Positions 9,024 through 16,947 of a DNA stretch of 37,512 bases are shown piece after piece. The notes below the pieces were generated by a model that worked only from the letters and a program-made list of their open reading frames with translations, was not told the DNA's origin and made no database searches. The translations under genes were made by a program, and so were the position numbers. This DNA is from a virus (lineage: Duplodnaviria > Caudoviricetes): IMG/VR virus record IMGVR_UViG_3300010234_000029, positions 1 through 37,512 of that record; one strand, given 5' to 3'. Positions within the stretch are counted from its first letter, which is position 1. Each line of letters begins with the position of its first letter.

Positions 9024-9095
9024 TGTTTCGTTTTTATTTGTTAGTGTAGTAATTTAATTAGGTCGGCACTAACCATACAACCATACGTTACCTAC
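8960..9095 (-). repeat. Long attC-like hairpin enclosing the start of the GIY-YIG gene
   Basis: TAACGTATGGTTGTATGGTTAGTGCC pairs (with G-T pairs and bulges) with GGTATTACATATAGCTGATGTTA. Confidence 0.55.
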
Positions 9096-9159
9096 AAGTG
9101 CTTAATATGATCCATTTTAAAAATAATTAAACGTGTTTCTGCTGTACTAATTAATTATA

Positions 9160-9540
9160 TCATATACTTAAACTCATATACTTATCAACTACACTCATCG
9201 CCTCATCCTGACCGCAAGCAAACACCGCTTTATAGCCTTTCATCTGTAGCCTTTTAAGTACCTCCCATTGCTCTTTGATGTGATCGTCGGAATATATCTC
9301 TCCGTTCTTCTTAAACACCTTCACCCCTGTTGCCTTTATCTCTATTAGCAAACCATGAAAGCCACCTCTAGGCTCTAGGATAATGATGTCTGGAATGCCT
9401 CTGCTGGATTTTAATGGCTTTATCTGCCTGGCTACCCCCATACTCACCCTGACACCACTAGCATCTGATAAGAATATAGTATTAGGGTATCTTACTTTAA
9501 GATACTGACAAACTGCCCGATGTTCACGATATTCACTCAT
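9160..9540 (-). CDS. VRR-NUC (PD-(D/E)xK) nuclease / Holliday junction resolvase-like
   Basis: GIPDIIILEPRGGFHGLLIEIK...Q....L...GY.A. Confidence 0.85.
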   Translation of the reverse strand: MSEYREHRAVCQYLKVRYPNTIFLSDASGVRVSMGVARQIKPLKSSRGIPDIIILEPRGGFHGLLIEIKATGVKVFKKNGEIYSDDHIKEQWEVLKRLQMKGYKAVFACGQDEAMSVVDKYMSLSI

Positions 9541-9544
9541 AGTA

Positions 9545-9575
9545 CGAATGTAGTCTTTTTATTGTTATCTCCAAA
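9545..9575 (-). promoter_or_regulatory. Bacteroidota sigma-A-type promoter, probably leaderless
   Basis: TTTG-N19-TACATTCG-N4-ATG. Confidence 0.55.
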
Positions 9576-9596
9576 ATATAATAGCATTTAATTAAT

Positions 9597-10256
9597 CTAT
9601 CTACTAGAAAGTTCGTTCTCTAGAGCTTCGATATGGTCACCATAAGCACCGTTAGTACTAGACCTGTCTTTAAAATGTCTTAACTGCTCCTGTAGCGTTT
9701 CCTCTGGAAGGTCTTTTAACCCTTCTACCCATCCCGAAAATGTGAAAGCTGGCTCACTATCTACCTCCACCACCCTCTTGACTTGTGGCTTGTAGCGATC
9801 AACAATAGACTGTATCTTGTCGTGCTTAGACAATCCAGAGAGAGCGTTGTTGTGGTTCTTCTTGTCGTTCTGCATCTCTCGTTCCCTAGCCTCGTATTTC
9901 TTCTCCAGGTACTCTCTATACCACTCGAACACTATCAACCCGTCTATCCTATTGTAAATCTTGCCTATCTCACCACGCCTTACCATTGAGAACATTAGCT
10001 TTAAATCGTCTAGGGTATCAGTGTAGTAGGTCTCGTAGAAGTCCTCTGCAAAGAGCATTATCTGGTCTGCTGTCATGCTTTGAGACACGTTAAACGCTTG
10101 TAGGTACTTGTTAGAGAGGTGTGCTATCGCTAGTACTATCGTTGTAGGATCGTTGTCCTTTGCTAGTTGCTTTATTGTTGGCTTACTTAACGCTTCCTTT
10201 ATACTGGTAGCTGTTGGCAACAGATTTGAGTTGATTTGTTGTGGTATTAGTTCCAT
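9597..10256 (-). CDS. Replication-module protein (possible helicase-loader-like)
   Basis: 219 aa, GEIGKIYNRIDG..WYREY motif; synteny only. Confidence 0.4.
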   Translation of the reverse strand: MELIPQQINSNLLPTATSIKEALSKPTIKQLAKDNDPTTIVLAIAHLSNKYLQAFNVSQSMTADQIMLFAEDFYETYYTDTLDDLKLMFSMVRRGEIGKIYNRIDGLIVFEWYREYLEKKYEAREREMQNDKKNHNNALSGLSKHDKIQSIVDRYKPQVKRVVEVDSEPAFTFSGWVEGLKDLPEETLQEQLRHFKDRSSTNGAYGDHIEALENELSSR

Positions 10257-10626
10257 AGGTTATAATCTCGTTAAATTTGCTGTTTATTATTGGTAGTGAT
10301 AGGTGGTCAGTTATCCACTTGTCAGATGTAGAGCGTTGTAGTATAGCCTCAAAGCTACGAAGTATAAGCTCTGTTGTCTCCTCCATACCACGCTCTTTAA
10401 TCTTGAACCTTATTTTAGATGCTATCTGCTTTACTTGCCCAGCGTCTTTTGCAGTCCAATAGTACTGTTCTCCTTTGGTTCGTTCGTAGAAGTCTAGGAA
10501 GGTTGCTTTAATGTCGTTAAAAAGGCTCTTAGGCTCTTTGGGCTGTAGTAGATGCATGAGTTCTTCTAATGCGCTTATATCACAACCGTAGTGCTTCCGT
10601 AGTATTATCTCTATCTTCCTTTTCAA
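10183..10626 (-). CDS. Putative replication initiator-like protein
   Basis: W...HLSLPIINSKFNEII C-terminal motif; position before the previous gene. Confidence 0.4.
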   Translation of the reverse strand: MKRKIEIILRKHYGCDISALEELMHLLQPKEPKSLFNDIKATFLDFYERTKGEQYYWTAKDAGQVKQIASKIRFKIKERGMEETTELILRSFEAILQRSTSDKWITDHLSLPIINSKFNEIITYGTNTTTNQLKSVANSYQYKGSVK

Positions 10627-10874
10627 AACAATCTAAGTTGAATTATTACACCTCTTTCCTTTAGTTCCTTTTTCTTTAACAAGTCATAGTACAGAGATGT
10701 CTTAGGTGTATAACCTAGCGACTTTAGCGCATGGTCGTTGTTCAATATAGCCAATACTATCCTCTTGTAAGACGGTACTTTGTCATGTATCTCGTAAGGA
10801 ACTTCATCAGGAATCCCCCCAGAGTAACACTTGCTTTCCCAATCCCTCACATATCTTTCTATTTTTTCTCTCAT
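10623..10874 (-). CDS. Standalone DUF3440-like protein
   Basis: W...CY..GIPDE...VPSYKRI..AIL.ND...LG..P resembles the IbrA/YbdN C-terminus. Confidence 0.7.
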   Translation of the reverse strand: MREKIERYVRDWESKCYSGGIPDEVPYEIHDKVPSYKRIVLAILNNDHALKSLGYTPKTSLYYDLLKKKELKERGVIIQLRLF

Positions 10875-11244
10875 TGATGTATTGATCTATTCTAGTTTGT
10901 GCTTCTTTGTCTGCCTTTCTTCTTTGCTCCTCTGTGAGATGTTTCCACGCTGCTCTAGTAATGTACTCAGGGCAATTAAACTCAAGACTGCAAGCACAGT
11001 GACCTAGAAACGCCCTTCTGTTCATGCCTATATTGGTAAGAGAGTTAAGCATTGTATTCTTCCACTCTCTTATAGCCCTACCCATAGCTTCACCATAAAG
11101 AAGGTGGTTACCTGTAAACTCTATAGCCCTTTGCAACATCTCTTGCTCCTGGTCTTTGGGCAACTTCCTCCACATACCGTTTTGGAAGTCCTCCCAATCC
11201 CAATAAGGAACGTACACCCTCTCTACTCCATTTCTCCTGTCCAT
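10807..11244 (-). CDS. Hypothetical protein of the Ibr-like cluster
   Basis: Y.PYW.WEDFQNGMW...NRRAFLGHCAC...PEYITRAAW. Confidence 0.65.
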   Translation of the reverse strand: MDRRNGVERVYVPYWDWEDFQNGMWRKLPKDQEQEMLQRAIEFTGNHLLYGEAMGRAIREWKNTMLNSLTNIGMNRRAFLGHCACSLEFNCPEYITRAAWKHLTEEQRRKADKEAQTRIDQYINERKNRKICEGLGKQVLLWGDS

Positions 11245-11756
11245 GAGTCAGAGAAATCTTTGTTTTGAAATAAGGAGGCTAATCCCGTTACTTGCTTCAT
11301 CCGCAGTAGCTCGTCTGGACTCATACCAATATGCTCACATATCCATCTATCACCCTTACCCATCTCTACAAGCTCTGATACTATCGTTGACATAAGCTCA
11401 ATACTGTGGCTACCTCTCGCCCTGTTATGACGAATGGTAGAAGCCATCCTGTCACTCATATCTTTATCGAGCACTACGCAAGGCAACATACCTTCCTCTC
11501 TGTCTAATATTCTTTGGCTGTTCTTTAGGGTAAGGAAACGGTGAAAACCATCTACTACCACATACATATCATTCTCAGCATCATAGACCGTTACTACTGG
11601 CTGCGTGTAACCATCCTCCCAAATAGAGGTCTCTAGTAGTGCCATCTCTGGTGGTGCAACAGCATTAGGGTTATAGTCGTTGGCAGTAACTTTATCTATA
11701 GGCACTGCTATTACGTTGTATACTGGTGATTTGTATTGTTTTGCTTCTTTGTTCAT
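11223..11756 (-). CDS. ibrB: IbrB/YbdM-like ParB/sulfiredoxin-domain protein
   Basis: ANDYNPNAVAPPEM.LL..SI.EDGYTQP, VVDGFHR, RMASTIRHNRARG. Confidence 0.9.
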   Translation of the reverse strand: MNKEAKQYKSPVYNVIAVPIDKVTANDYNPNAVAPPEMALLETSIWEDGYTQPVVTVYDAENDMYVVVDGFHRFLTLKNSQRILDREEGMLPCVVLDKDMSDRMASTIRHNRARGSHSIELMSTIVSELVEMGKGDRWICEHIGMSPDELLRMKQVTGLASLFQNKDFSDSWTGEME

Positions 11757-11768
11757 AGTTCTAAGTTT

Positions 11769-12146
11769 TTAAATTGAATAACTTCCGTCTTTTTGGTGTA
11801 CCTCCTGACCTTTGCAAGGCGGGTTGAATACTGATATTAATACCACATCTGTTAGAGCCTCAAAAGTGTGATCGTCGTGGTTATCTAGAGAATAACAAGT
11901 ATCAGGCTCAATAATAAACTCTTGCTTTGTCTCTAGGTTTGTTAATATACCTCTCCCTTTAATGCAATAACAGCTCTCTTGGTGGTTAGTATAATGCCAG
12001 TGTCCTTTCTGACCTATTGGTATTATTGTCTTGTGTATGGAGAAACCCATACCATCCTCTTCTAATACCACTCTTACGCTTCTTCCTTCTTTGAACTTAA
12101 CATCTCTCGATGTATTCAAACAATCTTTGATCTTCGTTACTTTCAT
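11769..12146 (-). CDS. ectC: Ectoine synthase (EctC)-like cupin
   Basis: GMGFSIHKT, HY.NH.ESCYC..G, Y.LD.HD.H, VFNPP..G.EVH..DG.Y; metal ligands E57/Y85/H93. Confidence 0.88.
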   Translation of the reverse strand: MKVTKIKDCLNTSRDVKFKEGRSVRVVLEEDGMGFSIHKTIIPIGQKGHWHYTNHQESCYCIKGRGILTNLETKQEFIIEPDTCYSLDNHDDHTFEALTDVVLISVFNPPCKGQEVHQKDGSYSI

Positions 12147-12351
12147 GTTCTTGTTTTAAATATGTTAACCATCTTAATCTTTGCAGTACCGTTGACGCTG
12201 CCTCGCCATAATCCTCTAGTTTATCTCCCTCTTTAATCTCGTATATCCTTATTGGTATTGAGTGGGGTGTTGTCTTGTATCTTATGTACCTCTTTAGCTT
12301 TATGTGACCGCCTAAGTACATAACCATACCGTCGAATATCTCTTGTGTCAT
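12097..12351 (-). CDS. Hypothetical protein
   Basis: 84 aa, ATGA-coupled to ibrA. Confidence 0.5.
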   Translation of the reverse strand: MTQEIFDGMVMYLGGHIKLKRYIRYKTTPHSIPIRIYEIKEGDKLEDYGEAASTVLQRLRWLTYLKQEHESNEDQRLFEYIERC

Positions 12352-13643
12352 ACGCCTCTATATTTCTTTACTATTGCCCTTTGTCGTTTCGCTTGTTCTG
12401 CTGTAGGAGCTAACCCAAGATACTTACAAGTATGGTCATTCTTCAGGATCGTAATAGCAAACCTCTTCCAACTTGTTACCTCTGAGTTATGACATTTAAG
12501 CATATCTAAGTGGTCTGGAGGCAGCATCCTAATACAAGTCTTGTCCTTGTTTCCATGCCTCGTTTTGTCCCCTAGCGTGAAAGGTATTTCATTTTTTTGT
12601 AAGTCCAAAATTACCTCATCAGACAGACCCCGTCCGACCCTCCACCAGTATCTAATACTTTGAATGAAGCGAGCCTTAAAATTTTCACCAGAATGTTCTG
12701 GCAAGGTGTCTAATAGAAACTTAGTAAAAGATTTCCATGTGTGACCCTCTGGTAATTTAAAACTCTTGTATGTTAGTTGCTTTCCGTATGTAGCAATGAA
12801 GTTAGCACCAGCCACCCTGGCACACAACCTAGACCAAACACCAGCGTCAATAACCCTGTATAGGTTTAGGCTAGACTTAGACTCACTCATAAATGGAGAG
12901 GCTACACGCATCTGAGCCACACTTAAACCAGCTTTCCAAAAAATATCATAAAGCTCGTTATACTTCCACTCGAATTTTGCATTAGCTACCCACACATCAT
13001 CAGTTTTCCAGTCATAAACAGGATAGCAGTTGTAAACAAACTTAGTATTCTTCTTAGTCCACTTCTGACCATCTAAAGAAACCTTTCTGTCATTAACAAT
13101 GGTTCTAAACCTGTTTAAGCTCTCATCAGCCCTAATACCAATCATACAGGCGCACCGCTTCCCTTGTGCGTACCAATCACCGAACTTATCCCAGAACTCA
13201 TCATAAGCCATATCTTCTTCAAAGAAGTCAAATTTATGATTCTGCATATTAACTATGTAGTCCTCTTTTGGCATTGGTCTTATCCATCTATCTTCATCCT
13301 CAACACCCCAACACTGCCATTCGGTAGCAAAGGAGCTTACCGTACAAGGAAGGGTAATAGGCAAGCAGCACCAGTAAACATCTAGCAAATCTAAGTTATC
13401 CTGTATAATGTCGTGCATAAACTCTAGAGAGTGGGTATAGTTCGCTTCATTGTCTAAGATCATTAAACCTATCTTCTCTGTAATGTCATTGGCTCTCATG
13501 TAATCTAAAACTAGATTAAGCATAATGCCACTGTCCTTACCACCACTAAAAGAGAGATATATCCTATCAAAGTTGTTGAATATAAACTCAACTCTCTCTA
13601 TAGATGCTTCATAAACATTCTTACTCTTATCGTACTTCTTCAT
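12348..13643 (-). CDS. ibrA: IbrA/YbdN-like PAPS-reductase family protein with DUF3440
   Basis: PP-loop SFSGGKDS, GIRADESLNR, YPVYDW...DVW, MRV, SWKR..ITILKND. Confidence 0.9.
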   Translation of the reverse strand: MKKYDKSKNVYEASIERVEFIFNNFDRIYLSFSGGKDSGIMLNLVLDYMRANDITEKIGLMILDNEANYTHSLEFMHDIIQDNLDLLDVYWCCLPITLPCTVSSFATEWQCWGVEDEDRWIRPMPKEDYIVNMQNHKFDFFEEDMAYDEFWDKFGDWYAQGKRCACMIGIRADESLNRFRTIVNDRKVSLDGQKWTKKNTKFVYNCYPVYDWKTDDVWVANAKFEWKYNELYDIFWKAGLSVAQMRVASPFMSESKSSLNLYRVIDAGVWSRLCARVAGANFIATYGKQLTYKSFKLPEGHTWKSFTKFLLDTLPEHSGENFKARFIQSIRYWWRVGRGLSDEVILDLQKNEIPFTLGDKTRHGNKDKTCIRMLPPDHLDMLKCHNSEVTSWKRFAITILKNDHTCKYLGLAPTAEQAKRQRAIVKKYRGV

Positions 13644-13947
13644 AGCTTATTAAATCTGTAAATTTTTGAAATACTAACGGTGACTCCATTAGCTCTTTTT
13701 CTGTTGCGTAGTATGGCTCTGTCTTATAGTTTAAGCATCTGCGCTCTGTCTTCTGCACTGGCTGCATTCTACGCTCTCTATTGGCTATCTGCCTTAGAAC
13801 ACTTCTAAAGATGTCCTCTATACCCATCCACGACTCTATAAGGTCTGCTGTGATATGGTAGTAGCTGTTGTTGCCCTTGTTGATCTCCTCTATGCTTCTA
13901 CCGTAGTAGTGGTAGTCTAAGCATATTTTATATTTCATTAGTTCCAT
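13627..13947 (-). CDS. Hypothetical protein
   Basis: 106-aa ORF in operon. Confidence 0.55.
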   Translation of the reverse strand: MELMKYKICLDYHYYGRSIEEINKGNNSYYHITADLIESWMGIEDIFRSVLRQIANRERRMQPVQKTERRCLNYKTEPYYATEKELMESPLVFQKFTDLISYEEVR

Positions 13948-14224
13948 AGTCTCTTAGTTGCTGTTTTACTTCTTCTTGTCGTTTAATCCTTTCGTTGTAC
14001 TTCTTGCCTCTTAGCTCTGGGTGCTGCTCCTGTACCTTCCTCCTAGCCCTTGTAATGCTTTCTGGTGCTACTAGATTACCTGTAGAGAGTTCTTTTAAAA
14101 ACTCCTCTTTGCTCTCTGAGTCTGAATCGTTCCACCAGATATTAGATAACAGTGCGTTGTCGTTGTCTCGAAGGTGGGGGTGCTTCTCCAGCATACCCCT
14201 CACCCGATCAAATAGTATTTTCAT
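13928..14224 (-). CDS. Conserved phage hypothetical protein
   Basis: LRDND..L, PESITRARRKVQEQHPELRG. Confidence 0.7.
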   Translation of the reverse strand: MKILFDRVRGMLEKHPHLRDNDNALLSNIWWNDSDSESKEEFLKELSTGNLVAPESITRARRKVQEQHPELRGKKYNERIKRQEEVKQQLRDYGTNEI

Positions 14225-14610
14225 AATCTTACCGCTATTGTAGTTTTACCAGGAGTGAACTCTGCACCCTTAATCATCTCTCCTGTGCTTTCGTCAACTC
14301 CTACAACACCACCTTTAAAAAGTGTTTTTAACTGCTCCTCTATAGCTTTCTTCTTAGCCTCTGCATCTACCCACTCTGGGTTACCTTTGAAGCTCCACCG
14401 CCCAGCACCGTTCTTTACTTGGAACTTAGCACCGTAGGCATCGTGCTCACCCTTGCCGTACTTCTCTGCCTCGTCTATTGCATCGGGCTGCACAGCACTG
14501 ATAACGTCTTTTAACAGTTTCTCTAATCCTTTAAGCTCTACATAAACCTCTAGAGGGTTCTTCTCTCCGTTTATTACAGCTTCGTTTAAATTGTATAAAT
14601 AGTCTCTCAT
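14221..14610 (-). CDS. Hypothetical recombination-module protein
   Basis: 129 aa, VDESTGE motif, next to SSB. Confidence 0.6.
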   Translation of the reverse strand: MRDYLYNLNEAVINGEKNPLEVYVELKGLEKLLKDVISAVQPDAIDEAEKYGKGEHDAYGAKFQVKNGAGRWSFKGNPEWVDAEAKKKAIEEQLKTLFKGGVVGVDESTGEMIKGAEFTPGKTTIAVRL

Positions 14611-14622
14611 GGTTTCTAGGTA

Positions 14623-14976
14623 TTAAAATGGCAGCGAATCTCCTGACTCTTCTGGTGCTGGTGATCCGTCACTAAACGTTTGTTGTTCCTTAACCTCTTG
14701 TTGTGGCGCACCATCTACCTTATCCATTTTCCAAGCCAAGATATTTACAAAGTATCTATCCGATGGCTCGTGATAACTACCTCTGATATTAATTGAAACA
14801 GACACATCTTGCCCAACTTCGTAGTTATCTAGTAAGCTACATTTGTCTTTTATTAGCTCGCACTTAATCATTTGGGGATAGTCACCGCCAGTGTTTATTA
14901 CAAATTCTCTCTTTTGAAAACCCGACTCGAAGATCTGAGTATCATAAATCTTGTGTATTAATCCTTTAATTTCCAT
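14623..14976 (-). CDS. Single-stranded DNA-binding protein (DUF3127-type)
   Basis: FQKREFVI, YPQ, INIRG, acidic LPF tail. Confidence 0.85.
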   Translation of the reverse strand: MEIKGLIHKIYDTQIFESGFQKREFVINTGGDYPQMIKCELIKDKCSLLDNYEVGQDVSVSINIRGSYHEPSDRYFVNILAWKMDKVDGAPQQEVKEQQTFSDGSPAPEESGDSLPF

Positions 14977-14977
14977 C

Positions 14978-15439
14978 TTATTTTTGTTTTAAAATTACTA
15001 TTTCAGGCACTACTAGCCCATTATTAATTGATTCTACCATCTTGGTAAGGCGTTCCTTTGCCCAATTAGGTATGTACTTATCCGTTGTCTCTATCATAGT
15101 TCTAGGGTAGTTGTACAAGCCTCTACCAAGCCCGAACTGCACAGCGCACCTCTTCATTGCATCGCTTATACCGCCCTTCTCTGGCTCTATAGATGTCTTA
15201 CTTGCACCGTCCTCTCTAAACACCCCTGTGTCAATCGCTGTGATCCTACAGATAAAACCGTTTGCTATCTCTTTAAACTCGCTTGTCCATCCTAGAGTAC
15301 CAAACTGCTCATCGAACCTTTCCATTACACATCTGTTGGTGATGTAAGGCACTACTATTAGTTTGTCCTTGTTCTTTGTTTGGCTCTGCACCCTCCACTC
15401 TATTTCGTGGGCTTGTATTGGCTTACTTAGTATTTCCAT
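14978..15439 (-). CDS. Rad52/Rad22-family single-strand annealing protein
   Basis: IEWRVQ, YITNR.VMERFD, KGGISDAMKRCAVQFGLGR.LY. Confidence 0.88.
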   Translation of the reverse strand: MEILSKPIQAHEIEWRVQSQTKNKDKLIVVPYITNRCVMERFDEQFGTLGWTSEFKEIANGFICRITAIDTGVFREDGASKTSIEPEKGGISDAMKRCAVQFGLGRGLYNYPRTMIETTDKYIPNWAKERLTKMVESINNGLVVPEIVILKQK

Positions 15440-15593
15440 TGTAATCGTTTATTTGTTGTTCCTGTAGTTGGCGTACCTCATACTCGTTAGGAGTCATCAT
15501 ACGCTTTAATTGTGCTGCTCTGTAGACTTGGAATTGGTAGTCGTAATCATCTATACCATCTTGTCCGTCAAATAGTGTTTCAATCTTGCTCAT
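15423..15593 (-). CDS. 56-aa hypothetical protein (not in ORF track)
   Basis: MSKIETLFDGQDG...; fills the gap and overlaps its neighbours. Confidence 0.5.
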   Translation of the reverse strand: MSKIETLFDGQDGIDDYDYQFQVYRAAQLKRMMTPNEYEVRQLQEQQINDYNGNTK

Positions 15594-15792
15594 TGTTGTA
15601 CTTTTTTATCTGTAATTTTAATTCGTCTGCCTGACCATCTAGGTAGCCATATCTTTCAGACTGCTTCATCCATCTTGCAATAGTCTCAAATAGCTCTTCT
15701 GCTTTTGCTGTCTTCTCCTCTGCATCCTCTGCTAGGTCAATAGCTAGTAGGTGAAAGCCGATCGTTGTCTTTTCTAGTTTACTTAGTGTCAT
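15580..15792 (-). CDS. Hypothetical protein
   Basis: 70-aa ORF in operon. Confidence 0.55.
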   Translation of the reverse strand: MTLSKLEKTTIGFHLLAIDLAEDAEEKTAKAEELFETIARWMKQSERYGYLDGQADELKLQIKKYNNEQD

Positions 15793-15928
15793 GTTGTAGC
15801 TTATAGTGCTTCTCTAGCAGTTCGTTGATTAGTTTGTTTAAGGAGAACTGTGTTACGTTCTTTCTATCCTTCATAACCTCCCGTTCTATGTCGGTGGTTA
15901 GCTTGCATAAGTATTCGTATCTTGCCAT
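15779..15928 (-). CDS. 49-aa ribbon-helix-helix-like protein (not in ORF track)
   Basis: MARYEYLCKL...FSLNKLINELLEKHY. Confidence 0.45.
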   Translation of the reverse strand: MARYEYLCKLTTDIEREVMKDRKNVTQFSLNKLINELLEKHYKLQHDTK

Positions 15929-15939
15929 TGTTTCTAGTT

Positions 15940-16110
15940 TTAAAATTGGTTCCATGCCTGTTCAATCTGGCAGTAAATGTCGGTGTAAGCTGGTTGCATC
16001 CCAGCTAACCTATCTACTATGTGTGTAATGTCTTCACCATCTCTGTAAACCTCTATAATGTGGTCTTCGATGTAAACGTCTAATTCTTGGTTTTGATAAG
16101 TAAATTTCAT
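15940..16110 (-). CDS. 56-aa first gene of the early operon (not in ORF track)
   Basis: MKFTYQNQELDVYIEDH...; directly after the promoter. Confidence 0.55.
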   Translation of the reverse strand: MKFTYQNQELDVYIEDHIIEVYRDGEDITHIVDRLAGMQPAYTDIYCQIEQAWNQF

Positions 16111-16131
16111 AGCTCTTTGTTTTTGTTAAGA

Positions 16132-16165
16132 CAAATATACAAATATATATATCAAATAACCAAAA
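16132..16165 (-). promoter_or_regulatory. Bacteroidota promoter driving the early/replication operon
   Basis: TTTG...ATTTG-TATATTTG (-7 box TAnnTTTG). Confidence 0.65.
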
Positions 16166-16192
16166 GAAAAGTGAATTATTTTTTCATATAAC

Positions 16193-16225
16193 GAAAAACA
16201 CCCCCCGAAACTAATCGAGAGGTGT
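16193..16225 (-). terminator. Intrinsic terminator ending the late/lysis operon
   Basis: ACACCTCTCGA-TTAGTT-TCGGGGGGTGT-TTTT. Confidence 0.75.
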
Positions 16226-16265
16226 CCCCTAGAAACCATGAGCTAACTACTCATACACAAAGATA

Positions 16266-16664
16266 CTATTTAGATAGGAAACCCGCAAGAATACCAACGG
16301 CAATGCCCAATCCTAAACCAGCACCACCCCATATCCATTTATCACGCTTTGCCTTTTTCTTGTACTCATTAGCTAGGTTCTGCTTTACCTGTATTTGCGA
16401 AAGCCTAATTGAGTCGTTAGCCATATAGACAGACTCCTTTTTCATATAGTCATTAATCTTTAAGCTGTCTTGTTGTCGTTGTTGAGCCACCGATGTTAGT
16501 TGACTGTTTAGCTCTTTGTTGATTTCAGCACACGCCTTTCCTTTCTGTATCTTAACGTTAGCGTCTTTTATTTGATCCACAGTAAAACAAAGTGTGTCAA
16601 CCTCCTGTGAATATGCTACGGGTAGAATCCCTACTAGCACCACGAATAACATCAATCTTTTCAT
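16266..16664 (-). CDS. Spanin-like protein (signal peptide, coiled coil, C-terminal hydrophobic segment)
   Basis: Last gene of lysis module, overlaps the upstream TM/coiled-coil gene. Confidence 0.45.
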   Translation of the reverse strand: MKRLMLFVVLVGILPVAYSQEVDTLCFTVDQIKDANVKIQKGKACAEINKELNSQLTSVAQQRQQDSLKINDYMKKESVYMANDSIRLSQIQVKQNLANEYKKKAKRDKWIWGGAGLGLGIAVGILAGFLSK

Positions 16665-16947
16665 CTGATTTTTTTTCTATATAAATAACCTTTGCTTGGC
16701 TTTCTGATATTACCCCATCTAGAGAGTCTATTATCAAATCTTTTTTTTTGCTCGACGTTGTTACAGAGTCAATAAAAAACTCATTACGAAGTATGTGCTC
16801 CTCTTTTCTTTTGAACTCATCCTCATAGTGCTTTTTAAGCTCTCTGTGCGCTTTGTTTCCGTTCCAACGTTCTATCCCCCACATAATAGCTAAAGAAGCT
16901 ATAATAGCAAGAAACAGCCAGTTAGTCGGGCTTATCTTTTTTACCAT
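16597..16947 (-). CDS. Inner-membrane spanin-like protein
   Basis: N-terminal TM helix plus coiled coil, after the holin. Confidence 0.5.
   Translation of the reverse strand: MVKKISPTNWLFLAIIASLAIMWGIERWNGNKAHRELKKHYEDEFKRKEEHILRNEFFIDSVTTSSKKKDLIIDSLDGVISESQAKVIYIEKKSDEKIDVIRGASRDSTRSIFTGG

Noticed and set aside
11769-12146. Complete ectoine biosynthesis auxiliary pathway
   Set aside because: No ectA, ectB or ask present; the context is ibrAB
12348-13643. Sulfate-assimilation cysH or a full Dnd/Ssp system
   Set aside because: 431-aa DUF3440 architecture paired with IbrB; no dndB/D/E, sspB/C or cysteine desulfurase
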